Source of the DNA: Bdellovibrionales bacterium
GTDB lineage: Bacteria > Bdellovibrionota > Bdellovibrionia > Bdellovibrionales > JAGQZY01
Length of the DNA stretch: 64,000 nt
Reading direction: 5' to 3'
NCBI GenBank assembly: GCA_031429075.1
Contig: JANOYW010000025.1
Span: 325-64,324 of the forward strand
Below are positions 54,130 through 63,784 of the stretch, one piece after another. A model generated the notes under the pieces. It worked only from the letters and a program-made list of their open reading frames with translations, was not told the DNA's origin and ran no database searches. How positions within the stretch are numbered: the first letter of the stretch is position 1; each line of letters opens with the position of its first letter. The position numbers were made by a program, and so were the translations under genes.

Positions 54130-54187
54130 CAAACCAGTCAACTAACAAACCAGTTAACTAAATAGCCAGCAAACTAAATCGCGGTGG
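54124..54187. repeat. 16-bp tandem repeat (two near-perfect plus two degenerate units) between convergent genes
   Basis: aactaacaaaccagtc / aactaacaaaccagtt / aactaaatagccagca / aactaaatcgcggtgg. The stop codons of both flanking genes (54127-54129 and 54174-54176) lie inside the aactaa cores. Confidence 0.8.
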
Positions 54188-55004
54188 GCTGATCGCGCAG
54201 ATAGCGGCAATGAAGTGTAATGTCGTAGCGTTTGCCGTCGGGTGAGACAAAGCGTCCCGCGCTCTCCTCAAGAAGATATATCTGTTGGAAAATTTCGCAG
54301 TTCTTTCCCAAGTTGTCGCTGGCCTGCATATAAAAATCAATTCTCGTGCCGTCGTAGTTGTGTAACGACTCTTTCACCGAGGCATTGAGATCCTTCATGT
54401 AAACAGTTCCCGACCCTCTATAGCCGCGCAAGGTGCTCATCGTGTAGGGCTTGGGGTACAAACTTCGATCAATTAAATCAATGGCGGGTGTGACGTCCTG
54501 ATTTTCGCCAAACCAACCCACAAAGGAGCGCTGCTGCTCGTGGGGTACAAAGGGATCATACCCTTCAATTTCTTGCCAGGTGCTGAGGTATTCTTGCGAG
54601 TGATAAAGAATCAATCGCACATCCGAAAAGTAATCCGCAGGCGACGTGTACACCACACGCGGCCCTCGCGCTAAAAGATGACCGTGGAAAAAATCTTTGA
54701 GGCTTAAATTAAAATAATAGTTTTTATCGTAGGCGCTGCGAACATGCTCTGCGATTTTTGCAGCCATCGACTGCGGCAAGTACACCACATCCATGGCCAG
54801 TACATCGCTGGGTCGGCCGCACTGATCGTCTAGGTAAGACGAAGTTTTGATTCGGCAATATTCGGCGGTGATTTCTTCGACGGTGCGAAGTTTTTTAATA
54901 ACAATAGTTTCTTCAAAATTTTGCGGGCTTGCCGCTAGAACAAGTGAACTGATTAACTGAACCCAAATTAAACCCATTAAGCCCCCCCGGAACCCCATGA
55001 ACAA
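54174..55004 (-). CDS. Exported hypothetical protein
   Basis: 276 aa with a signal-like N-terminus (GLIWVQLISSLVLAAS). No family recognised. It lies downstream of a sigma-28-type promoter. Confidence 0.5.
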   Translation of the reverse strand: MFMGFRGGLMGLIWVQLISSLVLAASPQNFEETIVIKKLRTVEEITAEYCRIKTSSYLDDQCGRPSDVLAMDVVYLPQSMAAKIAEHVRSAYDKNYYFNLSLKDFFHGHLLARGPRVVYTSPADYFSDVRLILYHSQEYLSTWQEIEGYDPFVPHEQQRSFVGWFGENQDVTPAIDLIDRSLYPKPYTMSTLRGYRGSGTVYMKDLNASVKESLHNYDGTRIDFYMQASDNLGKNCEIFQQIYLLEESAGRFVSPDGKRYDITLHCRYLRDQPTAI

Positions 55005-55058
55005 AACGCATTCATAGCATAGGAGGTGGAGTAAAATGCAGAGTAAATTTTACATTTT

Positions 55059-55232
55059 TTAGGCGATTTTTAGGATGTAGATTTTAGGCGAAGTTTTGAG
55101 CTCTAAGAACGACCGCATTTTGTAAATGCGAAAGCTGTTGTAGTCGGTCAGCGCCGCTACGTCCTGCGTTTGGGCGGGACTTGAGAACACACACGGGGCT
55201 GATAATAAGATCGACAAAACAAGTAACTTCAT
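55059..55232 (-). CDS. Small exported peptide candidate (possibly leaderless), or a non-coding leader
   Basis: Track ORF 55059..55259. ATG 55232 gives MKLLVLSILLSAPCVFSSPAQ... (57 aa). There is no SD, and the ATG lies 7 nt after the -10 element of a sigma-28-type promoter. Confidence 0.3.
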   Translation of the reverse strand: MKLLVLSILLSAPCVFSSPAQTQDVAALTDYNSFRIYKMRSFLELKTSPKIYILKIA

Positions 55233-55239
55233 ACTTATT

Positions 55240-55266
55240 CTATCGGCAAAATTCAGCACAACTTTA
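55240..55266 (-). promoter_or_regulatory. Near-consensus sigma-28 (FliA) promoter
   Basis: Minus strand reads TAAAGTTG-N11-GCCGATAG, against the consensus TAAAGTTT-N11-GCCGATAA (7 of 8 in each element, with correct spacing). Confidence 0.55.
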
Positions 55267-55402
55267 GTCGGGAGTGTTTCATTTTGAGAATTTCACCAAA
55301 AAATCGACATTTTTTTGATAAAATATTGATCAAGCCCGCAATTATTACATCGCAAGGAGCTTAGCATGGAAATACTCGCTCCACTGCTGTTACAAGACCT
55401 CT

Positions 55403-56557
55403 ATGAAACTCACCCCACGCCTCAAAACTTTTGCGCTTTTTCTTTTAATTTCCACTCAAGCTCTGGCCGAGATCACCATCACTTTTGGTGGCGACTTAAA
55501 TTTAAGTCCCTCCCGCGCTCCGGTGAATGATACCGGCTCAACTAAACACGGCACCTTTTATACCTGGGAAGAAATGTTTGCAGGAATTGCTCCGCTGATC
55601 GATGGGCAATTAAATTTTGCCAACGTAGAAACCGTTGTCAGCGACCAAAGTTTGCCCGATACGGGTGGCAAGTTTGTTTTTAATACCCATCCAGAAGGTT
55701 TGGCGTATGCGGTGGAGCTTGGCATAAATCTTTTGGGAGTTTCTAACAACCACGTTGGCGATTACGGCGTGACTGGAATGGAAGAAACACTCCTATGGCT
55801 TGAGAAAACCAATCGCGAAGTGGGAACTATTTATTACTCGGGCTTGGGTTACAATCGCGCGCAGGCCATGACTCCCACTTTAATACCTGTGCGCTCTGGC
55901 GGAAAAACCTACACCATAGCTTTTTTGGCAATGACCGCCGTTGCAAATAAACCATCACAGGCAGGAGACAACACCGCCGGCACTCTGTACTTTCGCGACG
56001 ACAACGATTTTGCCCAAGGCCTTGAGGCTCTAAAAAATGCCCCCGCTCATTATAGGATTCTTTCTATTCACGGAGGACGTGAAGGAAAAGTTAAACTCGA
56101 TGGCGGCCAGCAACAGCGATACAACCAAGCTCTTAACGATGGCGACGTGGATTTAATCCTAGGCCATCACCCCCACCGCGTGCGACCCATCGAGCGCGTG
56201 AACCATAGACTTATTTTTTACAGCCTTGGTAATTATCAAATGCTGGGCGCTGCAAACATCAATGGTTCGGGCGCACTCTACGATTACGGTTTGCTGGGTA
56301 AAGTTCATCTGGAGTGGGATGCACAGCGTTCGCGATTGGTGGCGCAAGCCACAGAGATCGTGGCTTTAACAAACCTCCATGCCGCCGCTAAGCCACTATC
56401 TCCCGCCGAAGGAGCCCAGCGCGTGGAACTTTTAAACGACCTGAGCGCCGACGAACTGGGCGACGGGGCACAAATGTTTCAGCCTAATAGGTCTGGACAC
56501 GGCGAAGCCTGTTTGGGAAATAATCCCGGTCCGCGCGCCAAAGCCATTTGTAATTAA
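55403..56557 (+). CDS. CapA-family (PGA_cap) metallophosphatase-like protein
   Basis: 384 aa with a signal peptide. Motifs ITFGGDLNL, NNHVGDYG, SIHGGREG, LILGHHPHRVRPIE and FYSLGNY are present. Confidence 0.75.
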   Translation: MKLTPRLKTFALFLLISTQALAEITITFGGDLNLSPSRAPVNDTGSTKHGTFYTWEEMFAGIAPLIDGQLNFANVETVVSDQSLPDTGGKFVFNTHPEGLAYAVELGINLLGVSNNHVGDYGVTGMEETLLWLEKTNREVGTIYYSGLGYNRAQAMTPTLIPVRSGGKTYTIAFLAMTAVANKPSQAGDNTAGTLYFRDDNDFAQGLEALKNAPAHYRILSIHGGREGKVKLDGGQQQRYNQALNDGDVDLILGHHPHRVRPIERVNHRLIFYSLGNYQMLGAANINGSGALYDYGLLGKVHLEWDAQRSRLVAQATEIVALTNLHAAAKPLSPAEGAQRVELLNDLSADELGDGAQMFQPNRSGHGEACLGNNPGPRAKAICN

Positions 56558-56623
56558 AATCGCCTCGCGCTTGTTCTCTTTTGGCGAGTCTGCTATAAAC
56601 AGCCAAACTTTTCTCCTCGCGAA

Positions 56624-57322
56624 GTGGTTATGCGTCCCTATTCCAAATTTTTTATTTTAGGTTTTCGGCAGATGATTCCGGTGACAACGGGTGTGATTCC
56701 TTTTGGCGCTGTGATGGGCACTGTTTTTTACAACGCCGGTCTTAGTTTTTTTCAGTCCATGACTATGAATATTTTTATGTACTCAGGCTCTGCACAGCTT
56801 GCGTCCATTGATCTGATGACCAAGCATGCAGCAAGTGCTGTTGTTATTGCCACGGGCTTGGTGATCAACTTACGATTTTTACTTTACAGCGCTGGTCTTT
56901 CCCCTCACTTGCAGCAATCGGGGTTTTGGACCAAGGTGCTTTGCGCCCACACCCTCACCGATCAAAGCTATGCCGTTATGAGTGCAAATACCAATATTTT
57001 AAAAACCAAAACCGATGCTGTATCGTTTTATTTAGGCACGGCGTTGTGCATGTGGTTGGTGTGGCAGTCGTCGGTGGTGGCGGGATTTATTTTTGGAAAT
57101 TTTGCGCCCACGTCGTGGTCCTTGGATTTTGCGGTGCCCTTGAGTTTTGTGGCGCTGGTGATTCCGACTCTTAAAAATTACAAGTATGTGGCGGTGGCGG
57201 CGTTTTCGTCGGCGCTATCGATTTTGTTTAATGGATTGCCATTTAAGTTGGGTCTGATTGCCACTGCCTTGTGCGCCATTGTTCTGGCGGTGGTGCTAAC
57301 CAAGCGGGAGTCTCGATCATGA
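56624..57322 (+). CDS. azlC: AzlC-family branched-chain amino acid transport protein
   Basis: 232 aa polytopic protein. The N-terminal pattern GFRQMIPVTTGVIPFGAVMG and the segment GSAQLASIDL fit the family. Paired with the AzlD-like gene. Confidence 0.75.
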   Translation: MVMRPYSKFFILGFRQMIPVTTGVIPFGAVMGTVFYNAGLSFFQSMTMNIFMYSGSAQLASIDLMTKHAASAVVIATGLVINLRFLLYSAGLSPHLQQSGFWTKVLCAHTLTDQSYAVMSANTNILKTKTDAVSFYLGTALCMWLVWQSSVVAGFIFGNFAPTSWSLDFAVPLSFVALVIPTLKNYKYVAVAAFSSALSILFNGLPFKLGLIATALCAIVLAVVLTKRESRS

Positions 57323-57648
57323 TTGAGACCTCTTACTTTTGGTTTATTTTTGTTTGCCTGATGACTGGCACGTTTATCATCCGCGGCTCTTTAATCGCCG
57401 CTTCGTCGCGAGTGAAAATTTCGGAGCGCGCCAAAGACGTGTTTTCGTTTATTCCCGCAGCTATTTTGCCAGCCTTCATTGCGCCTTTTGCGTTTTTTCA
57501 CGAAGGCCAGGCGCAGTGGGTGCTTGGCAAGGAGCGATTTCTCGTGTTGGTGGTGGCCACTGCGGTGTGCATGGCAACCCGAAGCACTGTGGCCACGATC
57601 TGTTTTGGTTTGTCGGCGCTGTATGTAATCACTCAATTTTTAACTTAG
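57319..57648 (+). CDS. azlD: AzlD-family small membrane protein
   Basis: Track ORF 57271..57648. ATG 57319 overlaps the azlC stop (ATGA). 109 aa. The segment FIIRGSLIA fits an AzlD-like N-terminus. Confidence 0.65.
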   Translation: MIETSYFWFIFVCLMTGTFIIRGSLIAASSRVKISERAKDVFSFIPAAILPAFIAPFAFFHEGQAQWVLGKERFLVLVVATAVCMATRSTVATICFGLSALYVITQFLT

Positions 57649-57657
57649 GATTTATTT

Positions 57658-58479
57658 TTGCTAACCTTGATCTTTTTTTGCATTTTTAACTTCGCTGCTG
57701 CCGCAGACTTAACTGTGGGTAGTTACAATATCCATCAGCAAGGTGATATGCCAGGTTTGGCTTTGGACTTTGCACAGCTTAAAACCATTGATGTATTAGC
57801 ACTGCAAGAAGTGCAAATGGACGATGGCGCAGGCCTTGTGTTCTCGCAGTCGCTGTTACCGCTTCTCAAATCGTCGGCCAATTATCAGTGGAACTTTCAC
57901 TGCGCCCAGCGCGTGAATCAAAACTCCGATGGCACTTGGGAATCACTGGCTATCTTTAGCCGCTACCCACTTTTAAAATGCGGAGCTTTACCGCTCGAGC
58001 ACTCCGACATTAAAAACCGTGAGGCCCAGTGGGCGGTGGTGCAAATTCCCGATGCGCGTCCGCTGCTTGTGATCAACACCGATCACGAAACCAGTTCCTA
58101 CCTCACTCTTGGCTTTCCAGATCGCAAAAAGCAATTACAGTCTTTGGTAAAACACCTTAAAACCTGCGCCCAGTGGTTAGAGCCCGGGTGCGAAACCTGG
58201 CCCACGGTGATCACTGGCGACTTTAACACCAGCGGCGTGTCCCTCTCCTCGCCGCTTGCCACCCTTAACGAAATCAAACAGACCGTTTCGCTATTACAGA
58301 CCGCGCATCTCGAGTACGTGGTCCCTTGCCCCGAGCACGAGCCCACCTTTCAATCTTTATGGGGCTCCTACCAGCTGGATCATATTTTTATTAAAAATTT
58401 GCGCTCCAGCTGTCGCCTGTCTTTGAAAAATAGACAGGGATCAGACCATCTGCCTATTTGGAGCAAGCTGAATCAATAG
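57658..58479 (+). CDS. Endonuclease/exonuclease/phosphatase (EEP) family protein, exported
   Basis: 273 aa with a signal-like N-terminus. EEP motifs are present (GSYNIHQ, DVLALQEV, ITGDFN, GSDHLPIW). Confidence 0.7.
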   Translation: MLTLIFFCIFNFAAAADLTVGSYNIHQQGDMPGLALDFAQLKTIDVLALQEVQMDDGAGLVFSQSLLPLLKSSANYQWNFHCAQRVNQNSDGTWESLAIFSRYPLLKCGALPLEHSDIKNREAQWAVVQIPDARPLLVINTDHETSSYLTLGFPDRKKQLQSLVKHLKTCAQWLEPGCETWPTVITGDFNTSGVSLSSPLATLNEIKQTVSLLQTAHLEYVVPCPEHEPTFQSLWGSYQLDHIFIKNLRSSCRLSLKNRQGSDHLPIWSKLNQ

Positions 58480-58535
58480 CCCGTCAATCAATAGAAGTTG
58501 CAAAGCCCACCCCTAACGCGTTAAAAGGTTTTTAA

Positions 58536-60128
58536 ATGATTAGTACTTCAAATGTGAGTCTCAATTTCGGTGCAAAAAAACTTTTCGACGATGTGAACGT
58601 TAAATTCACACCAGGGAATTGTTATGGCCTTATCGGTGCAAACGGCGCGGGTAAAACCACGTTTTTAAAAATTCTTTCTAAAGAGCTTGAGCCCAACACC
58701 GGCGAAGTAATACTGCCGCCAAAAATGCGCCTATCGGTTTTAAAACAAAACCACAACGCCTACGATGATTTTACCGTGATGCAAACAGTGATGATGGGCA
58801 ACCAGCGCTTGTTCCAAGTGATGGCCGAAAAAGAACAGCTCTACGCCAAGCCTGACTTTTCGGAAGAAGACGGAGTGAAGGCTTCAAACCTTGAAACCGA
58901 ATTTGCCGAGCTCAATGGGTGGGAGGCCGAGTCCGAAGCCAGTACAATGTTGGCCGAGCTAAAAATCCCCAACGAAATCCACGACAAGCTGATGAAGGAT
59001 TTGGACTCTGGCGACAAAGTAAAAGTACTTTTAGCTCAGGCTCTGTTTGGCCAGCCCGACATCTTGTTACTGGATGAACCTACCAACAACTTAGACATTC
59101 GCGCGGTTCAGTGGTTAGAAAACTTTTTGATGAACTTTAAAAACACGGTCATTGTGGTTTCCCATGATCGACACTTTTTAAACACCGTGTGCACCCACAT
59201 GGCCGACATCGATTACAGCAAAATCACCATCTACACCGGCAACTACGAGTTTTGGCGCCAGGCCACCGAGCTCAACCAAAAATTGCGTTCCGATCAAAAC
59301 AAAAAGAATGCCGACAAAGCCGAGGAGCTCAAAAGCTTTATCGCGCGCTTTAGCGCCAATGCTTCGAAATCTCGCCAGGCATCGTCTCGACAAAAGCAGC
59401 TCGAAAAATTAGATCTCAGCGACATGCCGGTTTCCACCCGACGCACTCCATTTGTGGGTTTTAATCCTGCGCGGGAGTTGGGAAATGATCTTTTAACCGT
59501 GAACGGACTTTCAAAAACCGTTAACGGCGAAGTGATTTTAAAAAACGTCAGTTTTATTTTAAACAAAAGCGACAAAGTGGCGTTTTTAAGTTCCAACGAT
59601 GTCAGCGTGACCACGTTGTTCGAAATTCTCACTGGTCAGATGCAGCCCGATGCGGGCTCCTTTAGCTGGGGCATCACCACATCGCTGAGTTATTTTCCAA
59701 AAGACAATTCGCATTTTTTTAAAAGCTCCCCCGCTCCCACACTCGTAGATTGGTTGCGAGATTTTTCGCAAGAGAAGGATGAGTCTTTTTTGCGCGGCTT
59801 TTTAGGAAAAATGCTTTTTAGCGGCGACGACGCCATGAAAAAGCCTTCGGTGTTATCAGGCGGCGAAAAAGTGCGCTGTATGTTTTCTAAAATGATGTTG
59901 AGTAACGCCAATGTGATTTTGCTTGATGGACCCACGGCGCATTTAGACTTAGAGAGCATTTCCGCAGTCAACGACGGCGTGAGCCGCTTTAAGGGCGGCG
60001 TGCTGTTTACCTCTACGGATCACGAGTTTGTGCAAACTGTAGCCAATAGAGTCATCGTGTTGGATGGCACAGTGAAGGAAGACCACAAACTCACCTACGA
60101 AGAGTATTTGCAGCTTAAAACAAAGTAG
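58536..60128 (+). CDS. ABC-F family ATPase (two ABC domains, no TM domain)
   Basis: 530 aa. Walker A GANGAGKTT, signature motifs LDSGDKVKVLL and LSGGEKVRC, Walker B LLLDEPTNNLD, and an interdomain linker. Confidence 0.85.
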   Translation: MISTSNVSLNFGAKKLFDDVNVKFTPGNCYGLIGANGAGKTTFLKILSKELEPNTGEVILPPKMRLSVLKQNHNAYDDFTVMQTVMMGNQRLFQVMAEKEQLYAKPDFSEEDGVKASNLETEFAELNGWEAESEASTMLAELKIPNEIHDKLMKDLDSGDKVKVLLAQALFGQPDILLLDEPTNNLDIRAVQWLENFLMNFKNTVIVVSHDRHFLNTVCTHMADIDYSKITIYTGNYEFWRQATELNQKLRSDQNKKNADKAEELKSFIARFSANASKSRQASSRQKQLEKLDLSDMPVSTRRTPFVGFNPARELGNDLLTVNGLSKTVNGEVILKNVSFILNKSDKVAFLSSNDVSVTTLFEILTGQMQPDAGSFSWGITTSLSYFPKDNSHFFKSSPAPTLVDWLRDFSQEKDESFLRGFLGKMLFSGDDAMKKPSVLSGGEKVRCMFSKMMLSNANVILLDGPTAHLDLESISAVNDGVSRFKGGVLFTSTDHEFVQTVANRVIVLDGTVKEDHKLTYEEYLQLKTK

Positions 60129-60134
60129 GGCTTT

Positions 60135-61544
60135 TTGGACAATCCACAAAACCGCCTTCGTATCTCGCGCGTGCTCCACGCGGGTTATCTTTTCGAAAGT
60201 CAGCAGCACGGAGAGCCAACGCGGATTCTGTTTGATCCGATTTTTGAAAATCCTTTTAGTTTTAATTGCTCAGCCTATCCAAATGTTGTCTTTGATTTAG
60301 AGGTCATTCAGCAGTTGCAACTGTCGGCGATTTTTATTTCCCACTACCACGACGATCACTGCTCCTTCGAAAGCCTTCAGCATATCAACAAAAACACACC
60401 AGTGTATTTGTATTGCGTGCACGAAGAGCTCTTTACCATGCTTCGCACGGTGGGCTTCACCGATGTGCGTACTTTACGTGTGGATCAAACAGAAACTGTG
60501 GGGCCTTTTCGAATCACTCCCCGCCGCGCGCTCGACGAAGCCACCGACACTCTTTTTGAAATCCTCACAACCGACTGCAAAATTTTAAATGTGGTGGATG
60601 CCCAGCTAACCGCTGAAACACTGGAGCAGCTCAAAGCCCGTGCACCGTGGGATCTTGTGCTGTGGCCCTTTCAAGTGATGCGCGAAAGCGAAGTGCTGGT
60701 GCCCACACGCAGCGAAGATTTTGCGCCCGATGCCAACATCTCTGCAGAAAATTTATTAAACGCCTTTCCCGAAGATTGGACGCAGCAGTTGCAACAGCTC
60801 GCGCCCCGCGCGGTGGTGCCGAGCTCCTGCCAGTTTATTCACGAGGAGTGGTCGTGGTATCGAAACTTCTTTTTTAGTTACTCCTACCGTGACTTCCAAA
60901 ACTACCTCGCGCAAATTTTGCCACTCACAAAAGTTGTGCGCCTCAATCCCGGATGCGCATTGGAGTGGACGCAAAACCAGTTTCAACCGACGGAACCGTT
61001 ACCATGGATCACACCCGTGGGTCCGCAGAATGTGGATTACGAATTTCGACCCGAGCAACTTATTCCTAATGCTTCGGTGATTGCGCAAAAGTTTCCCGCG
61101 CTTTCCCCGCAGCAATTGGAACGCATCCAACGCTTTTGCCAAAGCGAGATTGTAAAAAGATATCAACACATCGGACCACCCGAAGATATTTATTTTCAAA
61201 AACAGCGTCTGTGGCGACTCACCGTCTTCGATCACTTGGGACTGCCATCGCACCATTACTACCAACTGTGCGACGAGGAGATTACACCAATCATGAAAAG
61301 TTATGTTACAGACGAACTCGCGTGGACCACCGAAATTTCCGCCCACAAACTTTATTCGGCTTTAGAAAACGGCGAAAGCCTAAGCTCCCTCTATCTCCGC
61401 ATCAATGCCCACCGCTTGAGCGAAAAAATCGAAGGCGAACTGCGCGAGGTCAATCACCTCGACGATCCTTTGCTCCGCGCGCTCTATAACGGCGATGCCT
61501 TAAGTTATCAGCGGGCGCAATTAAAACGACTGCAAAAATCTTAA
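60135..61544 (+). CDS. MBL-fold metallo-hydrolase domain protein with a long uncharacterised C-terminal region
   Basis: 469 aa with a TTG start. Contains an HxHxDH motif (SHYHDDHCS). The remaining ~300 aa are not recognised. Confidence 0.55.
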   Translation: MDNPQNRLRISRVLHAGYLFESQQHGEPTRILFDPIFENPFSFNCSAYPNVVFDLEVIQQLQLSAIFISHYHDDHCSFESLQHINKNTPVYLYCVHEELFTMLRTVGFTDVRTLRVDQTETVGPFRITPRRALDEATDTLFEILTTDCKILNVVDAQLTAETLEQLKARAPWDLVLWPFQVMRESEVLVPTRSEDFAPDANISAENLLNAFPEDWTQQLQQLAPRAVVPSSCQFIHEEWSWYRNFFFSYSYRDFQNYLAQILPLTKVVRLNPGCALEWTQNQFQPTEPLPWITPVGPQNVDYEFRPEQLIPNASVIAQKFPALSPQQLERIQRFCQSEIVKRYQHIGPPEDIYFQKQRLWRLTVFDHLGLPSHHYYQLCDEEITPIMKSYVTDELAWTTEISAHKLYSALENGESLSSLYLRINAHRLSEKIEGELREVNHLDDPLLRALYNGDALSYQRAQLKRLQKS

Positions 61545-61616
61545 AATATTCAGCACCCGAGCTTTTGAGGCCCTCTGTGTCTTGTTTGCGCCACTGGGCT
61601 TTGCTAGCTTGTCTGC

Positions 61617-62390
61617 ATGGCAACAGCACTTATTACCGGCGCATCAGGTGGAATTGGTTTTGAACTCGCAAAAGTTTTGGCTCGCGAAAACTTGGACCTT
61701 GTCCTTGTGGCGCGAAATCTCGACAAACTCGAAGATCTTAAAAAACAATTGGCTTCATTGAACCGTCGCATCGATGTGATCTCTCTCGATCTCTCGGTAC
61801 CGGGTTCGGCCGCCGAGCTTTATAAAAAAACGCAAAGCCTCGGCATCAGTGTGGACTACCTTGTAAACAACGCGGGCTTTGGCGAATTTGGGGAGTTTTA
61901 CCAAATCGATCGCCAGCGCCAGTCGGATATGATTCATCTTAACATCACAACACTCACCGAGCTTTCGCATTTGTACTTGTCAGCCATGGTGCAAAAAAAA
62001 TTAGGACACATCATCAACATCGCCTCCACAGCGGCCTTTCAACCGGGCCCGCGCATGGCTGTGTACTTTGCCACAAAGGCCTATGTGCTGAGTTTTTCCG
62101 AAGCCTTGAGCGAAGAGCTCTGCGACACCAATGTATTTGTCACCGCCATTTGCCCTGGCCCCACGCAATCTGGGTTTTCGGATGCGGCCCATCTTGGCAA
62201 CTCTGATTTATTTAAAAACAAATCCGTGCCCACTTCAAAAGACGTGGCCGAGTTTACCTGGAAGGCCATTCAAAACAAACAAGTGGTGGCCGTGCACGGA
62301 ATGACCAACTGGTTGCTTGCTCAGACCAACCGCTTTGCCTCGCGCTTTGCGGTCCGTAAAATTGCAAAACAGGTTTTAAAGCGCACGTAA
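61617..62390 (+). CDS. Short-chain dehydrogenase/reductase (SDR)
   Basis: 257 aa. TGASGGIG cofactor motif, NNAG, and catalytic YxxxK (YFATKAY). Confidence 0.85.
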   Translation: MATALITGASGGIGFELAKVLARENLDLVLVARNLDKLEDLKKQLASLNRRIDVISLDLSVPGSAAELYKKTQSLGISVDYLVNNAGFGEFGEFYQIDRQRQSDMIHLNITTLTELSHLYLSAMVQKKLGHIINIASTAAFQPGPRMAVYFATKAYVLSFSEALSEELCDTNVFVTAICPGPTQSGFSDAAHLGNSDLFKNKSVPTSKDVAEFTWKAIQNKQVVAVHGMTNWLLAQTNRFASRFAVRKIAKQVLKRT

Positions 62391-62512
62391 GCTAAAAATC
62401 GCATCAAATCAGCTCATTTTTACCTAAAAGCGTGAGTATTAGTTTTCGGCTGCCCTAGCTATATTGATTTTCGAAGCACAATACAGTGCCCGCCAAAACC
62501 AAGGAGCTAGTC

Positions 62513-63157
62513 ATGAGAAAACAATTTTTAGCAGTGCAATTATTAATAATGTCTGTGGCCGTCAGTGCAACAGCAGGTGGAGTGGGCAGCACCGAAACCT
62601 GCGCCGTAACTAAAGAGATCCTGGTGTCGGCACCGCTCAATGTGTATTTGCCAGACGGCATGACAGAGCAAGCTGTTGGCGAGGCTAGCATCGTCAGTCG
62701 AAAAAGCGTTTGCAAAAATGGTGAGTACGAAGTCATCGACATCGATCTTCAGCTCGCAGACGAGATCAAGCCTTACGGCATAAAAATCAAAGACACCATC
62801 ACTGCGTTCGAAAACTCTGTGTCCCTTGATTTTCGTTTAAAGCAGCTTGTGAACTCTGCGGAGTACTTCGATACCACTGTTTACGGCACAACAAAAGTCA
62901 CTCACTTCGGAGGCGTGGGATTGCTGAATGTTGCAATGGAAAAACCGCAAATTCTTTTTTGGATAAATACTAAATCCCAAATCGATTCTGTAATCACCGC
63001 AATTGCAAACGGTCAGTCTACCGATGATCGCCCCCTTCGCTGTTCTCTCGAAAAGGCCTACGTGATCTTAACTTTGAAACCGAATGACTTCAACGGACTA
63101 CAAAAGGATCTTCGCTTGTCTGCCTTTTTCCGAGGCCCCCTGCAACTTTGCCCTTAG
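62513..63157 (+). CDS. Exported hypothetical protein
   Basis: Track ORF 62486..63157. ATG 62513 is preceded by AAGGAG and gives MRKQFLAVQLLIMSVAVSATA (signal peptide). 214 aa. Confidence 0.5.
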   Translation: MRKQFLAVQLLIMSVAVSATAGGVGSTETCAVTKEILVSAPLNVYLPDGMTEQAVGEASIVSRKSVCKNGEYEVIDIDLQLADEIKPYGIKIKDTITAFENSVSLDFRLKQLVNSAEYFDTTVYGTTKVTHFGGVGLLNVAMEKPQILFWINTKSQIDSVITAIANGQSTDDRPLRCSLEKAYVILTLKPNDFNGLQKDLRLSAFFRGPLQLCP

Positions 63158-63185
63158 TCTTAGCTCTCTCTCAACACACCTCTCA

Positions 63186-63218
63186 GGGTGGTACGCTCAA
63201 CGTGCCACCCTTTTTTTT
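63186..63218 (+). terminator. Rho-independent terminator
   Basis: GGGTGGTACGctcaaCGTGCCACCC (10-bp stem with one G-U pair) followed by T8. It overlaps the gloA stop codon on the other strand. Confidence 0.75.
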
Positions 63219-63675
63219 ACCAAACACCTTGGTTCTTCATGCTCACCCACGGCTCTGCGGGGGCCAGCGACTCACCGGCTTGTAAAAACTCAATGGAGAT
63301 ATTATCTGGCGAGCGCACAAACGCCATGTACCCATCCCGCGGTGGGCGGTTGATCACAACACCCATATCCTTCAAACGCTGACAGATTTCGTAAATGTTT
63401 TTTACTCGATACGCCAAGTGCCCAAAGTTTCGGCCCCCAGTGTATTCTTCACTTTTTCCATCAATGGGCCAGTTGTACGTCAGCTCAATCACCGGAGTGT
63501 TTTTTTCGCGAGCTTGAGTTTCGTCGCCAGCTGCTGCTAAAAAAATCAGGGTGAACTTACCCTGCTCGCTCTCCTGCCGGCGCACTTCGCGCATTCCGAG
63601 TCCCTCGCAATAAAAACGCAGGGATTGCGCCAAATCTGTCACGCGAACCATTGTGTGCAAATAATCCATAACCAC
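63217..63675 (-). CDS. gloA: Lactoylglutathione lyase (glyoxalase I, VOC family)
   Basis: 152 aa. Motifs LHTMVRVTDLAQSLRFY, IELTYNW, GHLAY and FVRSPDNISIEFLQ are present. Confidence 0.8.
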   Translation of the reverse strand: MVMDYLHTMVRVTDLAQSLRFYCEGLGMREVRRQESEQGKFTLIFLAAAGDETQAREKNTPVIELTYNWPIDGKSEEYTGGRNFGHLAYRVKNIYEICQRLKDMGVVINRPPRDGYMAFVRSPDNISIEFLQAGESLAPAEPWVSMKNQGVW

Positions 63676-63784
63676 TCCTTAAAAAGATCCCTAGTTGCCT
63701 CTCTTATACTCTAAACGCATCTAACGAACAAACACTAGCCCCACAGAGGGAGCTGTGCTATAAAATAGGCAGAATAATCTATGT

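Noticed and set aside
55366-55530. 54-codon ORF with a strong SD (AAGGAGcttagcATG), overlapping the start of capA out of frame.
   Set aside because: The translation (…FCAFSFNFHSSSGRDHHHFWWRLKF…) looks non-protein-like. CapA has its own convincing signal peptide from ATG 55403. The SD could still matter for translational coupling, but I cannot support a gene.
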